DNA of 64,000 nt, from NCBI RefSeq assembly GCF_006345805.1, contig NC_043000.1, positions 77,500,001-77,564,000 on the forward strand. The letters run 5' to 3'. This stretch comes from Octopus sinensis (Eukaryota). The stretch's first letter is position 1, and each line of letters opens with the position of its first letter. Of this stretch, positions 39,392 to 52,445 are shown piece after piece. The notes under the pieces were generated by a model. It saw only the letters and a list, made by a program, of their open reading frames with translations. It ran no database searches and had not been told where the DNA came from. The position numbers and the translations under genes were made by a program.

Positions 39392-39672
39392 ACAGTGAAC
39401 TTGCCGTGAGAAGTGGAATATCGAACGTTTTGGACAAAATCCTTCTTCAAGAGAAAAGACGAAACGAAAGACCACAGTTAAAAAAAATAGAAGATGGTAG
39501 CAGATTAGGAACGCCAGCTCGCCGCCTTAACATCTGACCGTAATAATGAAAGGAAGAAGATATTGGATCATATAATCATCGATAACTCTGTAAACATATG
39601 ATGGTCATGGACTGCGTGAGTTTGGTTATAGGTGAACTGGTTCAGAGATGACTTCAAATTAAACAACAGCAG

Positions 39673-39726
<54 letters not shown>

Positions 39727-40105
39727 AGGGAGTTAACGATTCTCAGTGTTATTACCCATTTCATTTCTCAACGCTTCTCTCAACATATACACACACATGG
39801 GGACATACATACACACTCGCGCGCGCGCAAACACAGATACATATAGACATACATAGACAATAATATATATCAATTTGTGTCTACATATATATATTTAGCA
39901 TTATGTATATACATGTGTATGTATATTGGTGATTGTGTGTATACATGTGTACATTTGTGTTTGTGAGACAGACATCATATATTAATGTTTGTTTATTGAT
40001 ACCAAAACAAAATAGGCATCTTTCCCACTACATAATAAAGTATGTAGGTGCGTATGTGCGAGTGTATACATTTGTGTTTGCGAGGTTATGTGTACACATA
40101 TAACT

Positions 40106-40145
<40 letters not shown>

Positions 40146-40229
40146 CATACATACATACATGTGTATATATATCTATATGTATGTATATATATACGCACAT
40201 ATACATACACACACATACATGCATATATA

Positions 40230-40282
<53 letters not shown>

Positions 40283-41119
40283 TACATTTACGCATTCATA
40301 CATGGACATGTCTGCTCTAACCTCGTATTTAAGTCAAAAACAGAATCTTATCTGGTGGATATAATTTGAAACATTAATCTCATTAGCTGATCCCGTTAAT
40401 TCCTAAAAGATTATTGTTATACATATTTAAGAAGAAAGGGATTTTATGATGCAGAAACAGTAATACTACATATTTGACTGCCCTCCCACTTACAAGCGTA
40501 TAAACAAATGTGCTTGCATTAAAGAAAGCTTTTATATACATGTATAAATACGTATATAAATACACGTATATAAATGCACGTATATAAATGTACGTATATA
40601 AATATATATATGTGTATGTGTCTGTTTTGTGTGTGATATAGATAAACATCTCACAAGTTTTTCAAGTAATGCATCGTATCAAAGAGCTCAATTTACATGA
40701 AATGACTTCTTGTAGAATATATTGTTACGGTGGTAATTACGAAAGTGTATCAGAAAATATAATAATTTCCTTTGGCTGGTGGTTGTGCCAAAAACGTTGT
40801 CTAGTGAACGATGTTGAAAGGCATGAGGACATAGCCATTCGTTTTTGGTAGAGCCAAGTTGAAGTGGGCTCTACCAAAAGGAAAGTGAGCGTGGAGAGGG
40901 CGGTACTGTCCACAAATGAACTTATTGAAAGGTGTATGAAAGTTGCGAAATGGCAAGCGTGGATGGTTCTTAGTTTTAACCTGTGAGTCAGAGAATAAGA
41001 ATTGGGGTGGGTGTTCAGGAAGATTTTGGACGGTGGGATTCCTCGATTATCCTTTCCCCTTCTTCTTTCCTTTTACTGTTGTATACAATGTACACTTTCC
41101 TTCTTTGTTTTATAGTATA

Positions 41120-41151
41120 CTAGCTTAAGGTGACCCGCTCTATGCGCGGGT
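41120..41151 (-). mobile_element. Helitron-like 3' terminus
   Basis: On the minus strand the hairpin ACCCGC-gcataga-GCGGGT is followed by 9 nt and then CTAG|T. The body extends rightwards, extent uncertain. Confidence 0.55.
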
Positions 41152-42809
41152 GAGGGTGTGTTTGTTACTTTCTGTTGCTTCCTTTCTGTTTCTTATCGTC
41201 ACATCCTCCCTCTTTGTTTCTCTCTCCTTTCTCTCTCACTTTCCCACTCTCTTACTCTTCCTTTCTCTCGGGTTCTCCCTCGCTTTCTCTTACTCTCTAT
41301 CTTTCTTTACCTATCCCTCTCCCATTTATAAAAACAAAAGATCTTGAGTTAGTTGAGTAAAAAAATATTTTGAAAGATCAATCATAAATATCAGGCAGTG
41401 ACAACGGAAAGCACACTTGCCTTTTGTACGTGCCACTATTTGAGCGATTAAAAATAAAGAAAAAAATATTTCTTTGTTAAATTTAGTACTTATTTTGGGA
41501 ATTTTTCGACGATTGACCATGCAAATGAAAGCTCTAAACACGGACTATATGCAGCTGTAAATTTCTTTCAGAAAAAATGAAAACTGTCAACAATAATTAT
41601 GTCAAAAGACAAAATTACGTAAAAATGAGAAATTTTTTCAACTTCAAAAATCTTGTCTTAATTTTCAAAATTTCGAACCCATTTTCCGTGCTTAAATTAC
41701 AAATCCGCTTTCACTTTACCATGTTGAAAATTTGATTGAAATCGGGCAAAAGTTGTCCGATCTAGACCCCCAAGTGTCCCCCCAAATCAATAGAATCTCC
41801 GTTTTCACTCCAAAGCAACCACTGTAGCGCCCCGCAACCTCTCCCAATCAATTTTTCACCTCAAGTTACCCCCTCCTGTAAATTTTAATCCCCTTCCAGC
41901 CCCATTTAGACACATTTTTACATAAAAATCCAATTTGTATCCAATTATATGTAAACCCCTGTCCGGCCATCAGCCGGGTAAGCCACGCTTGACCTCGGCT
42001 TCGTATTGTTTTTTTTTTTTGTGAAAATCTTCAATTTTTTCGGAAAATAGCAATTATTTCATTTTCTACAAGTATGGAAACTAAAGGAACCTTCTTTCTG
42101 CTGGTGTGTTCTTTGTTTTTATCTAAAGCCCCCCCCCCCACACACACACACTTTCTTGTTAACTTGCTACAATTTATTTTCACTTTGGAAAAAGTTTTGA
42201 ATTTTCTTTAAATGGCAACGATAACGTCGAGGAAGGTTCACTTGTCAATGGGAGCATGGGGTGGGATGGAGGAAGATTATATCAACATTGTTCGAAAACA
42301 ATTATTCGAAAATAATTTTTTGAAAAATATTTATTCGAATGGAAAATTGTATGAATGATTGAGTTGTCACGCAGACTTTGACATATTTTCTGTTATTTAG
42401 TTGTATACCAGCTGCATTAATTGTGGTTTCTGCAATCAGGGAGGACAGGGCTCTTAATTTTTTATATTCGTTCCCTTCTCGTTAGACCAATATCAAAAGT
42501 AAGGGTCAAGAGCAGCAGCAGCGGCGGAGAAGACATGCGTGAGGGGAGGATCAAAGTACCACTAAGAACAACAATATAAAGGGCACGGATATAAATAATG
42601 AAGTTGGCAAGCCCATATACACACATATACGTACATAAACACGCGAAACACATAGATACGCGTACACACATGTACGCGCGCGCGCACACACACACACACA
42701 CAACATACACAGAGTTACGGACAAGCGTAGATAAGGCATGCGCAGGAAACACATCATAGAAGGACAGAATAGATTAAGTGGAGCAGGAAGACACACGTGG
42801 AGAGAAAGG

Positions 42810-42851
42810 GTCGCTGAAGAGGTCGCAGCTATGTGACGAAAGATTTCCGGC
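42810..42851 (+). ncRNA. Solo minimal hammerhead ribozyme motif
   Basis: GUCG-CUGAAGA-G-GUCGCA-gcua-UGUGAC-GAAA-G-AU-U-UC-CGGC. Stem I is 4 bp, stem II is 6 bp and the triplet is UUC. Confidence 0.72.
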
Positions 42852-42956
42852 AGTGAACGTAAACTAAAATAAGAACTGTAATAAACGAGGGAAGAATGAA
42901 TATATAGTGCGTGTTTTTATTTGGCAAAAAATAAATGACCGTCCCGAAATATACCA

Positions 42957-42989
<33 letters not shown>

Positions 42990-43004
42990 GTGTGTGTGTG
43001 TGTG

Positions 43005-43042
<38 letters not shown>

Positions 43043-43989
43043 GTGCATGAATACATACATATATGCCAAAGAACGTATGTAGGGAGGTAAGCAGGTAGAA
43101 TTTTTTATATGGTAAAATCGACATTTAACAGGATAAGCATCATGTTTTGTTATATATCTCAAAATGTCGGTTTGACATGAAACAAAAATAAGATGCATTT
43201 GAAATTGTTCAAAATGTAAGCTTAGTCAAAATTAAACAAAACAACACTGATAAACATACACATGAATTCCGAGTTAGCGTTTATGGGTTAGGAAAAGTTA
43301 ATAATGCTGAAAATGAGAAACTATAAATGTGGGGATGAATAAAGAAATGTTTTATGAATCAAGCAGGTGAAACAATAACATTGTGATTTACTCGAACAAA
43401 ACGGCCGATTGTAAAAATTTATCCGACTTAAATATTCCAGTAGTAGGATTTTGTCAAAAAGAATATGTTCGCCTTCCACGGTGCATGGATTTTAGGGATT
43501 ATTATTGATCTCTTATGCTTTAGAAAGAATACTAAATTCAAAACGATACAGTATTGAATTTTCTTTTAATGTCCAAATGTACGAAACCAAACAAGTTTCT
43601 TTGCTTCTAAAAGAGATCAAGGAGAAATACTTGTGGGAATAAAATTTTGATTTAGATGGTTTTGAAGTCAAAGCTACATAAAGGTAAAAGGTTTTGTTAA
43701 TAGAAATTTAATATAGGCAGATGATTTTAGCCATAAAGTTTGATCTCTGAGAGCAATTATTATCTATAGTTCTGTTACTATTTCTGTTGTAAAATGGGTG
43801 TATTTACGCAACAGAGAGTCACTGTCACTTTGTGTGGTGACGCTGTTACAGTGATATACGTGGAATTGGGTCTCTAACAAAAACCCACTGTTACCTTGTA
43901 TTGTGTCTATTTTACAGCGGAGGCAAGTGTCCATCTACAGAGACCCATGTTTAGTGTCACTGCTATAGTGGTACAGATGTAAGAGTATT

Positions 43990-44035
43990 TTGAGAGAGAG
44001 AGAAAGAGAGAGAGAGAGAAAGAGAGAGAGAGAGG

Positions 44036-44109
<74 letters not shown>
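43990..44109. repeat. (GA)n microsatellite
   Basis: Direct reading. Confidence 0.95.
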
Positions 44110-44113
<4 letters not shown>

Positions 44114-44384
44114 CTTTGAGAGTGCTCGAAACAGAATTTGAACTTAGTTGCACTCGATAATCAAGAAAGCAGGATAAGGTTTCTGACGTCGATAATATAC
44201 AAAATATAACAAAACTTTTTAAATTACAACAAAAAAATCTTCAGCTAACACGGATAAGGTTTATATTTACCCACCTACATATTAATAAATTCTCAGAACA
44301 TGACGGAGATAGTAAACGAAAGATTTGTTTTTCAATATTCAATTGATGAAGTGGGTTCCTCCCACTGGTGTGATGTGTGACTAC

Positions 44385-44636
44385 TGTTGTACTGTAGTTG
44401 CTGTTTTACGCTAGTAGCCACAATAGGTATTCGTTATCGGATGCCATTGTATCTCTTCGTACCGGAATAGTAATACACTAACTATCGCTGATAGATCCAC
44501 AAGACACCGACTAGAACTGTCGATTCTCAACTCTTCGACTTTCGACCCTCTCTTGACGACCGCCTACTGGTCTATTTAGAATGGCTGCCTCCTAACACTT
44601 TTTACCGGGCGGAGTATACGGTCTCACTATACAACA
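44385..44636 (-). mobile_element. 3' LTR of a Gypsy element (about 252 bp)
   Basis: Ends TGTTGTA...TACAACA. On the minus strand it is immediately preceded by the polypurine tract AATTAAAAGGGGAGA (44637-44651). Confidence 0.7.
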
Positions 44637-44879
44637 TCTCCCCTTTTAATTATTTTAATTAATCAATTTCTTTTATTTACCCCACCTCCTCTTTTTTATT
44701 CACTCAATATCTTTTCTTCTTAGGGTCTACTTTTAAGGAATTCAGTGTACTTCCTTTTTCTTGTACGTGTGGTTTCGACTTCTTGAAACGGCGAAAAGTG
44801 TCATATAGCCAATCCATCGGTATTTTTACTCTTGTTGGTTCCTTTGTTATGACTCTTTTCTTAAGCTGATTTCTATATC

Positions 44880-45720
44880 TCTTTTCCATTTCATTTCCGC
44901 TTCTTACACCATATATCATTCTTCCTATGTATGTTACTATTTATCCTTCTTCCCAGTACCGCTTGCCATTTCTGTACATTCTTACATATATCTTATCACC
45001 GATTCTAAAGAATTTTGGCATGTCTTTACTAGCACGTATTTTTTCTTCACTGGTAACAGTTTATCAAATACTGACTTCACCTTTCCGGCAAACATTATTT
45101 CTGCTGGCGAACTTTCTTCTGGTGTATTTGGGTTCGGAGTTAACCTGTATACCCTTGTTGGATCGCGACCTCGTCCATCGCTTCCTTATTAGCTTTCTTT
45201 AAAGCTCTCTTAAAACCGTTCAGCCCTTCCATTTACGGTGCTATAGCTTTATGTTCTAACGTGAACATCACCAATAATCTTTTAAACCTACGGGATACAA
45301 ACTGTGTTCCGTTATCAGAGACAATTATATCAGCTCGTATAAGAAGCTTATTACCGTATATAAGGTTGGTCGTTTATACCTCGCAACTCAAGCCATTTTG
45401 TTTAACAGTCAATTACTATTACGTAATAATATCTATTTACCAGGCCTGCAAAATCGATATGCAATTGGGACCATGGTATTTTCACTTCCGGGCAAGGTTT
45501 ACATTTTGTAGTAGGTAGTTTCGCTGCCAGCGCACATCCTCTGCAGCCTTTTACCAGGTTTTCAACTTACCTGTCCATGCTTGGCCAGTATACGAAACTT
45601 CGCATCAGCGCTTTCATTCTAGAGATCCTTGGGTGTCCCACATGAAACTCTTTTAGCATTCTCTGCTGTAATGTCTGTGGTATGACCACCCTCTTAGCAT
45701 ACATTAGTGCACTACACTAG
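44880..45720 (-). pseudogene. Ty3/Gypsy integrase remnant
   Basis: FHVGHPRISRMKALMRSFVYWPSMD..VENLVKGCRGC (HHCC), WSQLHIDFAG..YYVIVID and YRLTPNPNTP..SPAEIMF. Not captured by the ORF track. Confidence 0.88.
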
Positions 45721-46079
45721 AGTACGCGCTCACACCTTGGTGGTTCTTTGCATCAGATTTTTCTTTATTTCCTTTTGTCAACCACAGTTTTCTTTTTGTC
45801 TCATTAATAAATTTGTCATTTCTCATATTTCTTTGAAGATAATTATTTTTAAAATAATGATTGCAGAAAAAAAATTATTATGGAACAAATATTGTTGGAT
45901 ATAATATCGGATGCGTCAGAATCGTCGAATGATTCTTAATTTTCAAGTGAAGTGTTCCCAGCGCTGCCTGGTAATTCAAAAAATGAGAAAGCAAAGGAAA
46001 AACATTAATTTCACCCAAGTTACAGCTGCCAGTTCTAAGGCAGCTGAAGTAGATATTTCTGGATAAATTAAGTATTAAG

Positions 46080-49000
46080 GCCTTTGCAAGAAGGCCGGGA
46101 ATAATGTAGTTCTAACTCTACCTACTGATGTTTTACACATAACTAGGCAGAGAATCATTATTTGTAAATTTTTTAATATAAAGGAAAAAAGAATTGTGGC
46201 GGCAACTAACGTGCAAGTGAAGAAATGTTTACAACCGGTATGGAGAGAAACGTCATACGCTGGTAAAGGCAAAAGTTGTGCCACTGTGAAAGTACAGTTT
46301 CCCAGCGAGGAAATTGCTAGAAAGCACTCAACGGAGCCGTTAAAGTCACCTGAAGTTGTTTTCCTCCCCACTTATCTGGGAAAACGGACATCGAAAGTGA
46401 GAGTGGAAGAAATTCCACCAGAGGTAAATGTAGATTGGGTGATAGCCGCCTTTATCTTCATGTAAGAGGAAAAAATTAACATTTTACCGGCAAAGAAGTT
46501 CCCTACACACAGGAAAGGAGAATCTCTTGAAGTTTTGATTCAGGCTAAAACGGAAGACTTAGAAGAGATTCCAAATCAGATGATAATCAACGAAGGGGTC
46601 AGCATGAAGGTGATGGTAGGAGAAAGGAAACCGAGGTGTTTTAAATGAGGCCAGAAAGGCTACATTAAGACTTTCTGCCCACTTCCTACAACTAACCCTC
46701 CTCTACCGCAGTCACAATAACAACCAAACCAACAGTAGCAGCGCCAAGCAAATCTTCAACAACAGACTTCGGTTGAAGCCTCAACTAAAACAGCAGAAGC
46801 AGCAATGGCAGCCAGGAAGCAGTCAGCAGTAGCGGCAGTGGTGGTAGCGGCGACCAAGCCAGCAATGGCGGCGGTGGAGGCGACTAAGCAGTCAGCAACA
46901 ACAGTAGTAGCAGTGAGCAAACCATCAGTAGCAGCAGCAACTGCAGAAACTACTGAGGCACCAGAACAAACGCAGTGGACAGAAATCTCTTATACAAAAG
47001 GGAAAGATAAGAGGAGTTTCACAGATTTACTCAAGTGCAAACCGGTCAAAATCCACCCTACCCAGACACCACAAGCCACTCCATCGTCCACTCCTTTCCC
47101 CCCAAAATTCCCCGTGCATCGCCCCAACCCTCATCGAAAAAACTCCTGGCCCTTCAACGCAGTCCACATCATCCATCCCGCGCCAAACGCCCCAGTCTAC
47201 ACCCCAAACCTCACCAATAAAAACTTGCCGGCTTTGTGCGGATCTATTTGACGAAGAATCTCTGTGTGTTACAGTAAAGATGCCTCCTTCAGAAAAGCAC
47301 TTAAACAAATGAAACTAAAATAAATAGACACAAAAATAGATACGCCAGTGAACTATCACTTTTTCAGAGTGCAACGAACATGGCACTTACAAGAACGTTA
47401 CCCAAATTGAGTCGAGCAGTGGATCAAGGAGTTTCGGCCAAACATTTTTCAAAATTGGTTGAAATCTCACCACACCCCACAAGAGAAGAGAAAAGAGGGG
47501 AAGGGAACATGTAGTTCCCTTCCGAAGAAACATTAATTAAATTACAAGTATCCTTACGGCTTCTTTGAAAACTGGTTGTTTGAATGTGCGTAGTCTGGGT
47601 TCGGTCTGGAAGTAAAGCTGCCTCCTGGCCGAACTCCAGTCGCGTAATTTGGATGTTTTTGTCACCACAGAGACCTGAATGAGCAGTCTGCAGGCTTTCT
47701 CACTTCTCTTCAATGGCTATGAGAAATTTATTTTTACATGCCAGCCTGGAGGAGGTGGGAGAGTGGCATTTCTGTTCAGGAGGAATCTAGAGCATATTAT
47801 AAAGTCTATCTTTGTAGATCTGGAAGGCAGGCTGGTCGTCCTAGCCGTGATATGTAACAGTGGGCAGGTTTTCAGGCTGGTGGGGGTCTATGCACCATGT
47901 AATGAAGGGCAGTCAGACTTCTTTAGATGCATGGAGACCTTTCTAGAGACATCTCGCACTCTAGTGGTGTTAGGTGACTTTAATACAATCCTCGATGCAC
48001 GCGTGGATTGTGTTGGCTCGAACCCCCAACAGAGTAGGGAACCCTCGCCTCACAGATCTGCTTAGCAAGTTTCAGCTAGCAGATCGTTTCAAACTGGACT
48101 ACTCAGATGCTCCACAGTGGACGTGGTTGAATAGCGGGGGTTCGTCCATATCTTATCTAGACAGGTTATTTGTCAGGACCAGAGACAACGATAACGTTAG
48201 TTGTCCACAGTTTGACATACTCCTCTTCTCTGACCACATATTGCTGGTCAGCAGGGTGCACTTAGATAGAATGATTAGTCAGAGACCCAGGTGCTGGAAA
48301 CACTGTGCAACAAATTTCAGGTTCAAAAAAGTACAAGTTAAGTAAGAATTTTTTCTGGGTCAAATAATTGTCCTTATTCTAATTCAGACCATTATTTCTC
48401 CAGATTAGGCACCGTGTTCCTGTACTATTAACCATATGTTTTATGATATACTGCATAATATTGCGTATTGAACACAACATTTTTGAGTACTTTTTTGAGT
48501 GTTGCACAGTGAAACTCAACAAGACGTTACTAGATTGTAAGGAGTACAGGAACCGGATTAAGAAACTTGTTATGAGGGTACTTACCGGTACCATTTTAAA
48601 TAACAAAAGAACCATCAAAATTCAGTCAATTAGATTTAGCAAGGAGCTAGCGGCTAGAAGGGTTAGAATAGAAGGGGATCTAGTTAAGGCGCTAGATGTT
48701 GCATTGAGGGCAGGTTGTGCACCTAGAGTTTTGGTGGCGAGATTGGTGTTAGACCAACACCTCAATGCTAAACGTGAAAGGTGCATAGTCAGAGCTAAGC
48801 TTCGTGCAATGGGATGAGAAGAAATCAACATCGCCGATGGGCCCATGTGGTAGAGGCGCAGCGGGGCAACAATGTCACACTTGGGTCTTTGACGGATCAA
48901 CACGAGTAGTTGGTGAAAGATCACGATGAAATGTGCGAGGTTCTTCAGCAGCACTTCGCCCAGCTCTTGGGGGGAAGCGGCGCACCGGATCGTAGAAGGG

Positions 49001-49600
49001 ATATTGCGGACTTCCTCATCGGTGTGCTGCGACTCTCGGGGAGGGAAACGGTCAGTTGCGAAGGGCCGATCACAGCCGCGGAGGTGGAGGACGTCTTGGT
49101 CGTCTGTGCAAAGGAAAAATCGCCGGGAAGTGATGGTCTACCTTACGAGTTGTACACAACGATGCTAGGATTGTTTGGGCACCTACTGGCAGCAGAATGG
49201 GCATACACCCAGTTCTGTGAGCCGGGGCGTGGTAGTGCTGGTCAGTAAGGACCCAAACAAAGGGGACAGGCTAGATAATTTTAGGCCCATCCCTCTATTA
49301 AATGTAGAGTTGAAGATTTTGGCCAAAGTATTAGCGAAAAGGTTAAAGCAGGTCGTCGATGGACTTGTCGGGCAGGTGCAGACATGCGCTGTCCAGACAG
49401 GATCATCCACGACAATCTTCACTTATACGATATACTATAGATAGAGCAAATAGAAGACCTGGTTTAGGTGGGGCTCTGGACCATTTAGACCAGTCATTCG
49501 GTAAGGTGGACCACCAATACCTGGCGGCAGTCCTCAAAGCAGCCGGCTTTGGCCCGACCTTCCGTGGTTGGATCAAGGCTATTTATAGTAATGTAAGTTT
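46080..49600 (+). mobile_element. L1/Tx1-clade LINE, 3'-truncated and decayed (ORF1 and ORF2 EN to start of RT)
   Basis: ORF1 remnant with a knuckle RCFK*GQKGYIKTFCP. EN motifs GCLNVRSL, LVGVYAP and VVLGDFN. RT motifs KSPGSDGLPYELY and NFRPIPLLNVELKILAKVLAKRL. Confidence 0.88.
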
Positions 49601-50669
49601 AGCTGATCTTGCTGAGTAAATTTGACTTTTATGGGCAGGTAACTTTAATTAACAGGCGTAAAAGCAATAGCATTAAGGATAAACATTAAAATTGAAATTC
49701 TAAATGCATCTTTCCTGTTTGATTTGTTACTAAAATTATCCCAGATGTCAACCGACAAAATTTTTGCCACTTTTCAATATGAGGTACATTGATTTTAATT
49801 ACTTAAAATACAGGTATAATTTTAAAAGATTTTATTCTTTCGGTAAATATCTCGTAACTCGGTGTGGAATAATTTTTTCCATTTTTTGGGAGGTGCGTGG
49901 GTGCATTTAACGTATCTGACCTCAAAACTCGCCGTAAGCCACTTTTTTCCGGAAAAGAAAGGTGGGAGGGGTGGTAGGGACCTCGAAGTTTTCCTCCAAA
50001 GAGGTTTATCTCGCGGGTACATTTTTCTTTTCCAGGTTATTTTGCATGCTTTCAACGAATGTAAATCGAAATCGTGTGTAAACGACTCCTTTTTCAAAAT
50101 AGGAAAAATTTGGCTGCTATTTCTAGCATGCCCTGCTACCACGTAGGAGCTATTTGCGTTCACACCGAAATATTTACCAACTTTTTTTTCCATTTATTTT
50201 TCCCACTTTTTCGAAGTCAATATTTTCTCTGTTGACATCCATCTCAGCGAGGTCACTGATCAAGTGGAAACATACTAATCACTGTTCTCTCTTGATAGGA
50301 CGAAGAAATTTCCCGCTATCTTTGCAAGCAACAAGCGGATGGATTTGGTTCGAAATTCAGGCAGGGCCAAACGAGGTTCTACAAGATATTTATAATAGTA
50401 AGTGGCGTTATATCAGGGTTGGAAGAATGACTCGTACAATATGCTGAAAAATAGGATCTGAAACATTAGAAACTTTTAGACGCCTACCGGTTTTTATGAC
50501 ATTTTCAGGTTAACAGATTGGAGTTAAAGGAAGCTAAATGTAACGGAAGTTAATTAGTCCGATAATGATTTTCAAAGTTAACTCAAAAGTTAAATTGTTA
50601 ACGAAAATGTTAACTTCGTTACTTAACGATTAACGGATTAACGGACTTACGCACAGCTCTGTATGTATG

Positions 50670-50722
<53 letters not shown>

Positions 50723-50871
50723 GTGAAATAGAAAGATGAATAATCTTGTAGTAGATTAATCAAAAGTTTAACCGATACCTTAGTAGCAAAAATCACAGCA
50801 GTAAACAGCACGGTTGGAGGTACAACCATCTGGCGTTGCAACCGTGCGTTGGTGCGGACAATTGAAATTAA

Positions 50872-51227
50872 AACATTATTGGTGAATTGAAGAAATGGAG
50901 CTGAACGCAGATTGAACAGAAATCGTTTTATTTCATTCTACACGTGTTTCGAAAGGCACAAATTACCAAAATCCGATTGAATAATGGGACCATATTGTGT
51001 CTTTCTCATCAGGAAGAAAAAAGGAAATCCGTTGGAAACACAAAAACAGAACAGAGGCGGAGCAAAAAACGGATTTCCTTTTTTCTTCCTGATGAGAAAG
51101 ACACAATATGGTCCCATTATTCAATCGGATTTTGGTAATTTATGCCTTTCGAAACACGTGTAGAATGAAATAAAACGATTTCTGTTCAATCTGCGTTCAG
51201 CTCCATTTCTTCAATTCACCAATAATG

Positions 51228-51229
<2 letters not shown>
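50872..51229. repeat. 162-bp inverted repeat with a 34-nt spacer, derived from a PLE pLTR
   Basis: Arms 50872-51033 and 51068-51229, with one mismatch seen (C/T). The right end abuts (TA)n. Confidence 0.95.
51083..51169 (+). ncRNA. Hammerhead ribozyme motif (mirror copy on the - strand at 50932-51018)
   Basis: UUC-CUGAUGA-GAAAG-(45 nt)-CUUUC-GAAA-C-ACGU-GUA-GAA. Canonical core and palindromic loop III. Confidence 0.8.
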
Positions 51230-51288
<59 letters not shown>

Positions 51289-51490
51289 TAGGTGAATGAA
51301 TTATCCTATGTTTATTGTCAGCATGGAAAATTCGTGTAACCGAAACCTGGGTAGCATATTCACGTCAGAAAACACGGTTGAAGCGACCTGTCAAGGGTAG
51401 AAACTCCGGGTTCATGTATAGAAATTTGTGTGTTGTATATGAATAAATGAAAGAATGGAGTCGAACGAAGATGTTAACAAAATTCCTTTA

Positions 51491-51572
51491 CTCTCGACAC
51501 ATGTTTCGAAGACAGCATATTTTCATTCCGAAGGAATAAAGGGTGCATTATGCAATCTTCTCATCAGGAAAG
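51491..51572 (-). ncRNA. Hammerhead ribozyme motif in the pLTR
   Basis: CUUUC-CUGAUGA-GAAGA-(43 nt)-UCUUC-GAAA-C-AUGU-GUC-GAGAG. Homologous to the 51083 motif. Confidence 0.8.
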
Positions 51573-52037
51573 AAAAGGAGCCTCTCTCGACAACAAGACA
51601 AACAAAAATTTCGATGATTGCCTACATGGTAACCAAAGCGATAATGAGTGTTTTTTTTTAAAATCCGTTAGAAGCATTGACGTCAAAAATGGATAGTAGG
51701 AGGAAGTAAAGATAGGTAGGGGACAGTATGTTTGCTGCATGTATGGAAATGTGTGGTTGTGTGCTTGTGTTAATGAGTGCGTTTGTTTGTGTGTGTGTGT
51801 ATGTGTGTGTGTATATAAATGCATTTGTGTCTGTGTGTGTGATTGTGTGTGTGAGAGAGAGACAGACGTCAAAGATAGGTAGTAATAAGGGAAGATATAA
51901 AGGAGTAATAGGTAGGGAACAAGTAGAGAGGGAAGTATACGTTGATTGAAAGAATGTTCGAAGGCTTAGGGAAGAATTTCTCTATAGTAGTGGTATGGAC
52001 GTGAAGCTAATTGTTAAAACCACAGTGACTATCGTTA

Positions 52038-52445
52038 TCATTTATATGAGCAGAAAGTGTGTTTCTGCCAATGTTTACATTTGTACGATTTTTCTATGAG
52101 TGTGTTTACTAGGGGAACCTTAGCGAAAAGAATATGGAAGAGCTCAGAGTTACAAATGTTACAAAATCTCCTGCCATTATTAAAAGGAAAGGATACAGAC
52201 AATATGAACCAATCCAACTTGAAAACTATATTGTTGTCTTTAAGACGCCAAACTAATTTACTTAGCCCTGTACTATGTCGTTTTTTCCTATCCCTGAATG
52301 TCGAATAGTGGCTAGAAATTCTCTTGGATAACTGAGAAGTGGACGCTCCTATATAGAAGAAAACATCGGTACCGGAAGAAATTCTACACTGGTAAATGGA
52401 ATTCTTAATTTTGGAATTACTAGACAAAAAACGACAGGACGTCAC
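52038..52445 (-). CDS. GIY-YIG endonuclease fragment, Naiad-type pattern
   Basis: SIYQC..FFYIGAST...KRISSHYSTF...HSTGLSKLVWRLK..W.I...CNIC...KCKH. There is no CxxC between the GIY and YIG motifs. Confidence 0.75.
   Translation of the reverse strand: MTSCRFLSSNSKIKNSIYQCRISSGTDVFFYIGASTSQLSKRISSHYSTFRDRKKRHSTGLSKLVWRLKDNNIVFKLDWFILSVSFPFNNGRRFCNICNSELFHILFAKVPLVNTLIEKSYKCKHWQKHTFCSYK

Noticed and set aside
39421-39453. Minus-strand UUGAAGA-A-GGA-uuuug-UCC-AAAACGUU
   Set aside because: It is plausibly a dead hammerhead, but both C3 and G12 are mutated and stem I is absent, so it is not supportable as a feature.
42408-42421. CCAGCTGCATTAAT, a 14-mer also found in pUC-type vectors
   Set aside because: The match does not extend on either side, so it is a chance match and not contamination.
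52442-52444. TGA near a Cys-rich stretch upstream of the Naiad-like endonuclease, as a possible selenocysteine codon
   Set aside because: It is in a different frame from the ORF, the Cys spacing does not fit what I recall of the motif, and I could not identify a SECIS element.
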